Positions 18,457 to 26,628 of a DNA stretch of 48,611 nt are shown here, in pieces (within the stretch, counting starts at the first letter, position 1; the number at the start of each line of letters is the position of its first letter). Below the pieces are notes generated by a model, which saw only the letters and a program-made list of their open reading frames with translations, searched no databases and was not told the DNA's origin. The stretch comes from Candidatus Woesearchaeota archaeon (GTDB taxonomy: Archaea > Nanobdellota > Nanobdellia > Pacearchaeales > GW2011-AR1), in assembly GCA_964526265.1 (NCBI GenBank), contig CAZGIL010000002.1, forward strand, positions 1-48,611, read 5' to 3'. The translations under genes were made by a program, and so were the position numbers.

Positions 18457-19392
18457 ATGGAAAACGCAGGTGTTTTGGATATCTTACAAGAAATGGATTT
18501 AACTTCACTTAAAGAAGCCGGGAGATTACAAGGATTAGATTTAACTAATAAAAAAACTTGCGCTCCTTGTATTGCAGAATTAGAAAGAAAAGAATGGGAT
18601 GATCAAAAATTAAAACAGCTAGTTGATATTTTAAAGAAAAGGAGACAGGGGTATAACAGTTATTGTTCAGCACAGATTGTAAAGTCAGATGACTTGCCCA
18701 ATATTAGTAAAAATGAAATTATATCCAATCTTAAAAGTTCGCCACCAAAGAATACTCGGGAAGGTCTTGTTCCAGGATTTGATGATATTGAATCACCAAA
18801 CGGAGAGATAAAAGGTACTTTTATAGGATCTTCTTCAAGAATTGTGATAGTAGAAAGGAATGCACTTGTAGAAAAGAAAACAGTTTCTGTACCATTTTCA
18901 ATTTTTAGAGAAGAAGGATTTTGTCTAATTAAAACAAGCAATCCTAAAGAAGGAAGATTATGTAGAGAAGAATTGCAAGGTATACTCGATTTAAACAAAT
19001 TTTATTATGCAATTCCTGGAGGCATAAGAGATGAGGGAGCAATTGCAGAAGACTATAATGGAAGAGCAAGGGGGTTTATAACATCCCTAGATATTGAAGA
19101 AATAAACCGCGTTTTCCTGAAAATAGATGGGGAGACCAAAATTACAAACATTAATTATAAGGGTAATGGAGATATTCTTGAGGAATCGAAGATAAAAAAC
19201 GACATAAATAAAGGGGCATTAATGCATGGTGTTGGCGGTTTTATAAGGCATGGTGAGCTTTTATTAGATTTTTCTATCAAATGGGGATGGGTTCCGAGTA
19301 TAAAAATTAGTGGAGAAGAAATTTCTCAAGATATTCTGGACGAAGTTATAGCAAAGATTTATAGGGAATATGTAAGAAATATGTTAAGATAA
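18457..19392 (+). CDS. Hypothetical protein with N-terminal SAP/HeH-like motif
   Basis: 311 aa. LTSLKEAGRLQGLDLTNKKTCAPCIAEL resembles a SAP/HeH helix-extension-helix. The rest is unrecognised. Confidence 0.45.
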   Translation: MENAGVLDILQEMDLTSLKEAGRLQGLDLTNKKTCAPCIAELERKEWDDQKLKQLVDILKKRRQGYNSYCSAQIVKSDDLPNISKNEIISNLKSSPPKNTREGLVPGFDDIESPNGEIKGTFIGSSSRIVIVERNALVEKKTVSVPFSIFREEGFCLIKTSNPKEGRLCREELQGILDLNKFYYAIPGGIRDEGAIAEDYNGRARGFITSLDIEEINRVFLKIDGETKITNINYKGNGDILEESKIKNDINKGALMHGVGGFIRHGELLLDFSIKWGWVPSIKISGEEISQDILDEVIAKIYREYVRNMLR

Positions 19393-19393
19393 A

Positions 19394-20047
19394 ATGGTAA
19401 AAGATAAGTTTTACACTTTAATAATTACCCTTGTCTTGTTTGTTTTTACATTCTATTTTTCTCAGATAGGCAATTTAGATAAGATATTTTTGGTGAGTAT
19501 GCTTGTTTTATTATGGATCTTTGGAGCATTTTCCTTTAAAAAATCATTTTTAAATGAGATAAATTACTATAACATTGGATATTTTATAAGTTTGGCAATA
19601 TTCTTGATTTTTTCTGTTTACCTTATAATATTTAAATATCTTCCACCACACAATGAAAATTATATTACATTCCCTCTTGTGACATTATTTTTTATTATTT
19701 TTATATTCGGAGGTGCTTTACAGTATATAAAATATTCTGGGCTTAAAATAAATTCTCCAGAAAAGATCAGAGTACCTAAGGGTTTAATACAAATACTTAT
19801 TTTCCAGATATATAATAATAAACCCTTCGATTGTGTTGCAAAATTAAATTTAATTTTGCCTTCAAATGTTTCTTTTAGGAATGGTTCAAGAGAAATGTTA
19901 AAAGATGTTTCTATCAAAGCGAATCACATATTACCATTAAGAATAGGTTTAAAATCAATTGAAAATAAGCAAAGTAGATTTACATTTATTAAGGTAAAAG
20001 ATGATTCCGGAAAAGAAGTTAAGAAAAAAATAGAATTTCTAACTTAG
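19394..20047 (+). CDS. Membrane protein (about 4 TM) with C-terminal soluble domain, unknown function
   Basis: 217 aa. Starts 2 nt after the stop of the previous ORF, so it is operonic. Confidence 0.45.
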   Translation: MVKDKFYTLIITLVLFVFTFYFSQIGNLDKIFLVSMLVLLWIFGAFSFKKSFLNEINYYNIGYFISLAIFLIFSVYLIIFKYLPPHNENYITFPLVTLFFIIFIFGGALQYIKYSGLKINSPEKIRVPKGLIQILIFQIYNNKPFDCVAKLNLILPSNVSFRNGSREMLKDVSIKANHILPLRIGLKSIENKQSRFTFIKVKDDSGKEVKKKIEFLT

Positions 20048-20107
20048 ATATTATCGTTCTTTAATATAACCGCAATCTTTAAATACATAGTTACCTAATG
20101 GGTAACT

Positions 20108-20734
20108 ATGAAACCAACGATAATTAACGATGTAAGCGGGATTCCGACCTATGGCATAAGAGCGTATGCCTTATTCTTTTCAAGGCATGGGAATAGGGAG
20201 GAATTTGCTCAGAATGAATTGGATTGGATAGTTGGACAAAGCATGAAGAAAAAAATATTCTCTTTATTATTGAGATCTGGCTGGATAATAAAAAAATCAA
20301 AGAATACTTATATTTGCATTAGTCCTGCAGATGTTTTTAGAAAGATATTGGAATTCAAAGTTCCCCAGATAGTTCAGAAATCTGAAAGAGAATATGCTTT
20401 TACAGGATTGTCTGCAGTAGAAATATGGAGCGATTATGCTTATGTTCAAAGGGGCATAGAAAAGTCCCCTTATTTTATTAAAGTATTTAAGAAAGATTTG
20501 CAATACTGGAAAGACTTTTTTAACAAATATAAAATCCCTAATTATGTAAATTCCGGAACAACAATAGGGGAGTTTGTTATTTTAATTCCTACTGACAAGA
20601 TTAATTCAACAATCAAAAATGATTTAAAGGTAGAAACATTAAAAGAAACAACAAAAATAGCAAAAGAGAGCAGCTTTTATTTATATGCTTATAATTACAT
20701 AAAGGAGAAATATAATGGTAGAATTACAGCTTAG
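20108..20734 (+). CDS. Winged-helix protein, AbiEi-like antitoxin candidate
   Basis: The segment KKIFSLLLRSGWIIKKSKNTYICISP looks like a wHTH recognition helix plus wing. Overlaps the downstream nucleotidyltransferase gene by 20 nt. Confidence 0.4.
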   Translation: MKPTIINDVSGIPTYGIRAYALFFSRHGNREEFAQNELDWIVGQSMKKKIFSLLLRSGWIIKKSKNTYICISPADVFRKILEFKVPQIVQKSEREYAFTGLSAVEIWSDYAYVQRGIEKSPYFIKVFKKDLQYWKDFFNKYKIPNYVNSGTTIGEFVILIPTDKINSTIKNDLKVETLKETTKIAKESSFYLYAYNYIKEKYNGRITA

Positions 20735-21398
20735 AGAAAAAGAGATATTTGAAACCTTAAAAAAGATAAAGAAATTTGATTTTGTAGTTATCGGAGGATA
20801 TGCTGTAAACGCTTATACTCTCCCAAGATTTTCTGCTGATTGTGATATTGTTGTAAAAGATGAAGCAGAGTTGGGAAAAATAAAAAAGGAATTGGAAAAA
20901 TCAGGATATAAAGAAGTTAAAGCAAATGAAGAACTGCTATATCATGGGAATTTCAAAAGGTTTGAGAAGGAAATTCAATTAAATTTTAGTGTAAGTATAG
21001 ACATACTTATCCAAGAAGTTTTGGACAGGCAGACTAATTCTAGCTTTCTCGCTGATTGGATTTTCGAAAATTCCAAGTTAAGAAACTTAAGAGGAAAGAC
21101 CATTAATGAAGAATTAAAATTAAGAATAATAAATCCCGAAGCTTTATTTGTAATGAAAATGTTAAGTTGCAGGCAAACAGATATAAGAGACATCTTTTTA
21201 CTGGCAACTGAAATAAAAAATAATGAGTGGGTAAAAAAAGAAGTTGAAAGCAGGTATTCGTTTAAGGACAGGATTAAAAAAATAAAAAAAGAAATTAACT
21301 CTAATCAGTTTAAAGATGGTTTGCAGGGAGTTTTTGGTATTATTGATAAAAAGATATTTGAAAGAAATATAAAGTTAATTTCTAATTTGGATAAATAA
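20715..21398 (+). CDS. Nucleotidyltransferase-fold protein, AbiEii/DUF1814-like toxin candidate
   Basis: FDFVVIGGYAVNAYTLPRFSADCDIVV matches the GG..(n)..R.S.D.D minimal NTase pattern of AbiEii-type proteins. Confidence 0.5.
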   Translation: MVELQLREKEIFETLKKIKKFDFVVIGGYAVNAYTLPRFSADCDIVVKDEAELGKIKKELEKSGYKEVKANEELLYHGNFKRFEKEIQLNFSVSIDILIQEVLDRQTNSSFLADWIFENSKLRNLRGKTINEELKLRIINPEALFVMKMLSCRQTDIRDIFLLATEIKNNEWVKKEVESRYSFKDRIKKIKKEINSNQFKDGLQGVFGIIDKKIFERNIKLISNLDK

Positions 21399-21411
21399 AC
21401 TTGTCTATTTT

Positions 21412-21687
21412 CTAAATGGCTTCTCTCTCCTTATACAACCACATCATCACAGGCAAAGGAGTATCTTTCTGTTTCTTCAGTTCTTTTATTGCTTTCTCCA
21501 ACTCTTCAATATTTCTATAATAAGTTAATTGATATGAGAACTTAGATCTCTTTTCTTTTAGCTGAGGAAATTCTTTTACTAAATCTGCCTTTATTCTGAT
21601 TATACTCCAAGTTCCAGATTTTTCGTCATAATAAATACTTCCAAGAGTATCAATTGCATTTCGAGGTATTAGTGTTCTTCTTTCCAT
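21412..21687 (-). CDS. Hypothetical protein, downstream partner of an RHH gene
   Basis: 91-aa ORF, 8 nt downstream of the RHH ORF on the same strand. Confidence 0.4.
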   Translation of the reverse strand: MERRTLIPRNAIDTLGSIYYDEKSGTWSIIRIKADLVKEFPQLKEKRSKFSYQLTYYRNIEELEKAIKELKKQKDTPLPVMMWLYKEREAI

Positions 21688-21695
21688 AAAAAAGA

Positions 21696-21932
21696 TTATT
21701 CTCTCAAATACTTAAACTTTGTATTGCTGTCAGCACTACAACCATTTTTTACTTCTAGCTTCATAGTATTAAATAATCTTTTAAGATTCTTATCAAGAAA
21801 GACAATCTCTTCTTCTGCTATCTTTTTAATAAGCTCAGTCATATCTACACCTAGCTCTTCTGCCTTTTGCTTTAGCTTCTGCTTTGTTCCAAGTCCCATA
21901 CGGCATGAAAAGAACGCAGTTCTATCTACCAT
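21696..21932 (-). CDS. Ribbon-helix-helix (CopG-like) protein
   Basis: TAFFSCRMGLGTKQKLKQKAEELGVDMTELIKKIAEEE fits a strand-helix-helix pattern. Confidence 0.45.
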   Translation of the reverse strand: MVDRTAFFSCRMGLGTKQKLKQKAEELGVDMTELIKKIAEEEIVFLDKNLKRLFNTMKLEVKNGCSADSNTKFKYLRE

Positions 21933-22177
21933 TAAAACCGCCTTCTAATTTCATAGGAGATATAATCAACAGCCAGATGCAGTAACCATAAACAAAATTA
22001 TTATCTCCCCTTCGGGAGATCATGGAGATAGCACCCCCGCATCTCTATTGTTTGTTAAGCAACATACTCCAGAGTAGAAATGCCAAACTGATGTATGTTT
22101 TAGGGTGAATCTCATATTAACCTGCTATCACAGAACTCTTCTTACCTTTGCGGGTTAAGATTAGATTAGACACACAA

Positions 22178-22234
22178 ATATATAAATGTTTCTATTTACG
22201 TTAAGCGAAACAAATGTTTACATTAGAAACATTT
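22178..22234 (+). promoter_or_regulatory. TATA-like box plus inverted/direct AAATGTTT repeats (operator candidate) upstream of the RHH gene at 22261
   Basis: atatataaa at ~22178. aaatgtttcta (22184..22194) is inverted as tagaaacattt (22224..22234). A third direct aaatgttt lies at 22212. Confidence 0.3.
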
Positions 22235-22260
22235 AAAAAATAGCTCAAAGTATGTAAAAT

Positions 22261-22455
22261 ATGGGTAAAGAGTTAAAATACAATAAAACTGTAACAACAA
22301 GATTTCCAGATGAGGTTTACAGGGCTGTTGAGAAGCTGGTAGCTGAGAAAAGAAAGGACTTTCCTAGATATACAGAGGCAGATGCTATTCGTTCTGCAAT
22401 AGTTAATCATCTGAAAAAGAAGGGTTATTTGAATAAAGATAAGAATTTCTTATAA
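22261..22455 (+). CDS. Ribbon-helix-helix (CopG-like) regulator
   Basis: 64 aa. TVTTRFPDEVYRAVEKLVAEK...EADAIRSAIVNHL is a typical RHH layout. Confidence 0.5.
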   Translation: MGKELKYNKTVTTRFPDEVYRAVEKLVAEKRKDFPRYTEADAIRSAIVNHLKKKGYLNKDKNFL

Positions 22456-22541
22456 TCACAAAATCTTATAATAATCTCTCTAAAAATTTATTATAGAAAT
22501 AATTTAGTTTTTGCTTTTTTGAAGGCAAGACAAAAAATTAA

Positions 22542-23453
22542 TTAAGTTAAACTAAAATTATTCTTTCCTGTTTTCTTCAGAATTTTGTCTGGATTTACCT
22601 CAATTCCTTTCCCATCAATAATTTTCATTTCTACAATTTCCTTTTTGAAGCCAACACCTCTCATTTTTAAAATTTCAATTGCAGTGGTCCTCCTTCCTGA
22701 ATCATAAATAACATTATACAAAACAATGATTCCATCAGATAAAAATGAAACAGCTTCTCCCTGTTCTTGGAATGTAGTTCCTATATGTGAGGGAGAAGAA
22801 ACTTCTCTGATTAAAAAATTAGTTATTTTATTTTTTTCCAAGTACCTAAATAATTGTTCCATGTAAATCCTAAATCTGCTTTCTTCTCCTGAAAATGCAG
22901 ATGCAATGCTTGTCAGAGAATCAATAACTACAAAATCTGGCTTAAAATCATCTGGAAAAAGCATGGGCTCTACCTCAATTAAAAGTTCTTTTTTAGCAGC
23001 ACTTAATAATGCTTCAATGCTCCTTGAAACATCTATTGCATCAAATCTTGTTATCCTTAACAAGCCTTTTTTAACAAACTCTTTTGATTTCCATCCAAAA
23101 CCACCCATATGTTCAATTAATTGCTCTTCTGACTCTTCAAAACTCATATAAAGGCATTTTTTTCCTTTCTTGCATAATTCATTGACAGTAGCGAGGCAAA
23201 AAACAGTTTTTCCGCTTCCAGGACCTCCTTCAACTAAAACAGATACTCCATTTGGAATTCCCCTATCTTTTGCAAATAAAGAGTCAAAACCTTTAATGCC
23301 TGTTCTTAGAAATCTATCGTCGGTTTTAATCTTTTTTTTAAATTTTTCTCTTTTCAGTTTTTTTGCAGGGATTTCTTTTTTATTTTTCTTCCTGCCTAAA
23401 ATTTTTCCTGCTTTTCCTCGCCCTCTTTTTTTTGCCATCTTATTAAATAACAT
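22542..23453 (-). CDS. KaiC/RadA-like RecA-superfamily ATPase with Lys-rich N-terminal tail
   Basis: GIKGFDSLF...VLVEGGPGSGKT (Walker A) and FVVIDSL (Walker B). Single KaiC-like domain. The first ~50 aa are highly basic. Confidence 0.75.
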   Translation of the reverse strand: MLFNKMAKKRGRGKAGKILGRKKNKKEIPAKKLKREKFKKKIKTDDRFLRTGIKGFDSLFAKDRGIPNGVSVLVEGGPGSGKTVFCLATVNELCKKGKKCLYMSFEESEEQLIEHMGGFGWKSKEFVKKGLLRITRFDAIDVSRSIEALLSAAKKELLIEVEPMLFPDDFKPDFVVIDSLTSIASAFSGEESRFRIYMEQLFRYLEKNKITNFLIREVSSPSHIGTTFQEQGEAVSFLSDGIIVLYNVIYDSGRRTTAIEILKMRGVGFKKEIVEMKIIDGKGIEVNPDKILKKTGKNNFSLT

Positions 23454-23522
23454 AGGGAAGGGGGTTTTTAAGTTTTATTATGTCCGCTACCCCAAAAGAT
23501 AAGAGATAGCAATGCTTTTAAA

Positions 23523-23972
23523 ATGCAAAAACTTCTCATTTGCATGGAAACAAGAGAGGCAGTGCTTTATATAGTGACTATAATTTCGATTATGGGAGTG
23601 GGTTATATATTTTTGGGAGGTGTTTCAAAAAATTCAGGAATTTCTGGTAATACATTTGTGAGCTTGGCGGGAAACGCTGTTTTGGATTTGGAAGATAATT
23701 TTAAAATAGGAGATAACCTAACAGGAAATATAATTTTAAATGAAGAAGAATCAGATGCCTATGGGCTGATATTATTAACAAAAGATAACCAGCCAATTTT
23801 AACCGAAACTTTTAATTTAAAAGAAATTCCTAAAACTAAAATAAATTCTGAAAATTCAGTAAAAATTGAGGATTTGATTGATTACCAGTTTGAAGAAAAA
23901 GGCAATTATGAGTTCATGTTTTCTGTTTTGGATTTGGATATAAAAATCCAAAAGGAATTTGTTGTAAAGTAA
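23523..23972 (+). CDS. Membrane-anchored hypothetical protein upstream of the DGR target gene
   Basis: 149 aa, one N-terminal TM helix. No recognised domain. Confidence 0.4.
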   Translation: MQKLLICMETREAVLYIVTIISIMGVGYIFLGGVSKNSGISGNTFVSLAGNAVLDLEDNFKIGDNLTGNIILNEEESDAYGLILLTKDNQPILTETFNLKEIPKTKINSENSVKIEDLIDYQFEEKGNYEFMFSVLDLDIKIQKEFVVK

Positions 23973-24005
23973 AAAAAGAGAGCATAAACAAAAAGAGGAT
24001 GAAAA

Positions 24006-24998
24006 ATGTTAAAATTAAATAAGGGGGTGTTAGTTGCTATAATTGTATTTTCAATTATTTCTTTAGTTTTTGCTTTAACATTTATTGACAAATCTCAATC
24101 TGATTTTGATAAAGGAACTTATAATCAAACATTGTATAATTCAACAAACACTGCAGTTCAGCTCAATCTTTCTTATAATAACGGGACTTATACGAGCCAG
24201 ATTTTTTCAACAGGAAGCAATGTTTCCTTGAATAATTTAAGCTGGACATACCAGAGAATCCAATGCCCCGCAAACATGTCTTATATTAACAAGTTGAATG
24301 GATATTGCATTGACCAGTATGAAGCTTCAATGCCTTCTGCAAATTCAACAACAATAGGAAATTCAACTGATGTTGCAAGAATAAATAATCCTGGAACAAT
24401 GATGGCTGTTTCTCAAGGAGGTGTTATTCCCTGGGTTTCTGTATCTGCAAATTCAGCAAGAACTGCCTGCTCAAATGCAGGCAAGCGTTTATGCACAGAT
24501 GAAGAGTGGCTTGGTGCTGCAAACATTCAAGGAATTTATTATAATCTGCCATCAGACTTAGCAAGTTCTCCTTATTTCTGCGTTACTGGTTCAGGAACTT
24601 GGTGCGCGGGCAATTCATACTCTTCTGGCAATGCATGCGATACAGGAAGAAATAAAACAGACGGGATATCAAGCTGTGTCTCATCAGAAGGTGTTTATGA
24701 TATGACTGGAAATGTCTGGGAATGGACTAATGAAACAGTCAGTTATACTAAGCCATGCAATCCAACTGTATCTGGATATTGCTATTGGAATGGAACAAAT
24801 TGGGGAACTTCAACAATAGCCAAATATGGAAATGATGGAGTTTATTTTTTAGATAATTCAACTGCAAGAACAGGTTACGCGGTCAGACGTGGTGGCAGTT
24901 GGGATCCTGGGGCTGATGCTGGTCCCTTTTGCGCGCATTTGCGTCTTCTCCCCACTGATGCGGGCAGCAACATTGGCTTTCGCTGTTGCAGTAGTTAA
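24006..24998 (+). CDS. DGR target (variable) protein: signal-anchored, FGE-sulfatase/C-type-lectin-fold domain with C-terminal VR
   Basis: GVYDMTGNVWEWTNE and RGGSWD...GFRCC are hallmarks of the FGE/SUMF1-type CLec fold used by many DGR targets. The last 119 nt are the VR. Confidence 0.85.
   Translation: MLKLNKGVLVAIIVFSIISLVFALTFIDKSQSDFDKGTYNQTLYNSTNTAVQLNLSYNNGTYTSQIFSTGSNVSLNNLSWTYQRIQCPANMSYINKLNGYCIDQYEASMPSANSTTIGNSTDVARINNPGTMMAVSQGGVIPWVSVSANSARTACSNAGKRLCTDEEWLGAANIQGIYYNLPSDLASSPYFCVTGSGTWCAGNSYSSGNACDTGRNKTDGISSCVSSEGVYDMTGNVWEWTNETVSYTKPCNPTVSGYCYWNGTNWGTSTIAKYGNDGVYFLDNSTARTGYAVRRGGSWDPGADAGPFCAHLRLLPTDAGSNIGFRCCSS
24878..24996 (+). repeat. DGR variable repeat (VR)
   Basis: 105/119 identical to the TR at 26396..26514. 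All 14 differences correspond to adenines in the TR. Confidence 0.9.
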
Positions 24999-25076
24999 TC
25001 TGGGTTTTGGAATCTGGAAATCCAATCGTCGCAAAAAAATTTGGGAGAAAAGAGGAAAACAAAAAGAGGATGAAAA

Positions 25077-25934
25077 ATGAATGAAGAAAAGAATGAAACA
25101 CATATAGCTATATTCAATGGAAAAAAGATAAGGAGAAAACTTGTAAATGATAAATGGTTTTTTTCTGTTGTAGATGTAGTTGGAGTTTTGACTGAAAGTG
25201 AAGACCCTAGAAAATATTGGAATAAGTTAAGTCAAAGACTGCGAGAAGAGGGAAGTGAGGTGGTGACATTTTGTCACCAACTGAAATTAAAGGCCGGAGA
25301 TGGTAAGGAATATGAAACAGGCTGTGCGGATACAGAAGGCATTTTTAGAATAATCCAGTCTATTCCTTCTAAAAAAGCTGAGCCATTTAAGAGATGGCTG
25401 GCTAGAGTGGGCTACGAAAGGATACAAGAAATAGAAAATCCCGAGCTTGCTCAGGAAAGAATGAAAACACTTTATGAATTAAAAGGATATTCTAAGGAAT
25501 GGATAGACAAAAGATTAAGAGGTATTGCAGTGAGGCAGGATTTAACTGATGAGTGGAAAAACAGGGGGGTGGAAGAAGAGAAAGATTTTGCTATTTTAAC
25601 AGCAGAAATATCTAAAGCAACTTTTGGAATGTCTCCTGCTGAATATAAAAAGTTTAAAGGGCTGAAAAATGAAAATTTAAGAGACCACATGACTGATTTA
25701 GAATTAATATTTAATATGCTTGGAGAAGCTTCTACCTCAGAGATTGAAAAGGCTCAAAATCCAAATACTTTTGATGAACATTTAGAGGTTTCAAATAAGG
25801 GTGGAAATGTTGCAAAGATTGCAAGAATAAAACTAGAACAGGAAACAGGAGAGCCTGTTGCAAGCGAAGAAAACTATTTGGATGAACCTGAAAAACTGAA
25901 GAAAAAGAAAAAAATTTTAGAGGTTAATGCATAA
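25077..25934 (+). CDS. Bro-N domain / DinD-like (DNA-damage-inducible protein D-like) protein
   Basis: N-terminal IFNGKKIRRKLVNDKWFFSVVDVVGVLTES (Bro-N-like), then KRWLARVGYERIQEIENPELA...WIDKRLRGIAVRQDLTDEW, typical of DinD-family proteins. Confidence 0.65.
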   Translation: MNEEKNETHIAIFNGKKIRRKLVNDKWFFSVVDVVGVLTESEDPRKYWNKLSQRLREEGSEVVTFCHQLKLKAGDGKEYETGCADTEGIFRIIQSIPSKKAEPFKRWLARVGYERIQEIENPELAQERMKTLYELKGYSKEWIDKRLRGIAVRQDLTDEWKNRGVEEEKDFAILTAEISKATFGMSPAEYKKFKGLKNENLRDHMTDLELIFNMLGEASTSEIEKAQNPNTFDEHLEVSNKGGNVAKIARIKLEQETGEPVASEENYLDEPEKLKKKKKILEVNA

Positions 25935-26022
25935 AAATGATTAAAACAATCAGATACAGCCCAGCTTTTTCAGTGGGGGGGCGAAGCACTTTTGCGTTCC
26001 CTGCAAAAACGAGGCAATTACA

Positions 26023-26370
26023 ATGATAGAAGATATGAAGATTTTTCACAATACATACGAATTCATTAAATGGATTCATACATTATTAAATAAGTTTCCA
26101 AAATCAGAAAAATACACAATGGCTCAAAAAATAGAAAATACTTCATTAACTTTCTTGGAAAGCATTATACAATCAAATAATGATTTCGACAAAAAGCAAT
26201 CTTTGCAAAAAGCAATTATTGAATTAGACAAATTAAGAATTTTTTTCAGGCTTTCTAAAGACTTGCAATTTATCAGCTTTGAACAATATGAATATGGCTC
26301 TAAATTAATAGATGAAATAGGCAGAATGCTGGGAGGTTGGTACAAGAAATACTATAATATTCCTGTATAG
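26023..26370 (+). CDS. avd: DGR accessory variability determinant (Avd-like four-helix-bundle protein)
   Basis: 115 aa. FHNTYEFIKWIHTLLNKFPKSEKYTMAQKIENTSLTFLESI matches the S23-intervening-sequence/Avd family pattern. Lies immediately upstream of the TR. Confidence 0.7.
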   Translation: MIEDMKIFHNTYEFIKWIHTLLNKFPKSEKYTMAQKIENTSLTFLESIIQSNNDFDKKQSLQKAIIELDKLRIFFRLSKDLQFISFEQYEYGSKLIDEIGRMLGGWYKKYYNIPV

Positions 26371-26395
26371 GAATGGGTTGGATTGTGATTAACAG

Positions 26396-26514
26396 CGCGG
26401 TCAAACGTGGTGGCAATTGGGATAATGGGGCTGATGCTGGTCCCTTTTGCGCGAATTTGAATAATCTCCCCACTGATACGAACAACAACATTGGCTTTCG
26501 CTGTTGCAATAGTT
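26396..26514 (+). repeat. DGR template repeat (TR), transcribed as part of the DGR RNA
   Basis: Adenine-rich master copy of the VR (28 A). Lies between avd and the RT gene. Confidence 0.9.
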
Positions 26515-26628
26515 CCCAAAGCCAGATTCATATCTTCACGGAGATAATGAACAGTGCAAGAGAACTACATCAATTCAAATCCAAGCTGAAGAAGCTGAAT
26601 ATCAAAATTAAAACCGGCGGTTAGTAAG

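Noticed and set aside
25007-25025. Hairpin downstream of the VR (ttgga-atctggaaa-tccaa), considered as the DGR cruciform element
   Set aside because: It has only a 5-bp AT-rich stem with a 9-nt loop. That is too weak to call without comparative support.
24858-25103. Three short ORFs (minus and plus strand) overlapping the VR and the downstream spacer
   Set aside because: They overlap the well-supported target gene 3' end in other frames. There is no independent support for them.
26373-26624. 83-aa ATG-initiated ORF resembling the C-terminus of the DGR target protein
   Set aside because: It is the DGR template repeat read in frame (an Asn-rich copy of the VR). The TR acts as an RNA template. 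The downstream part of the ORF is the TR-RT spacer, so it is not called as a CDS.
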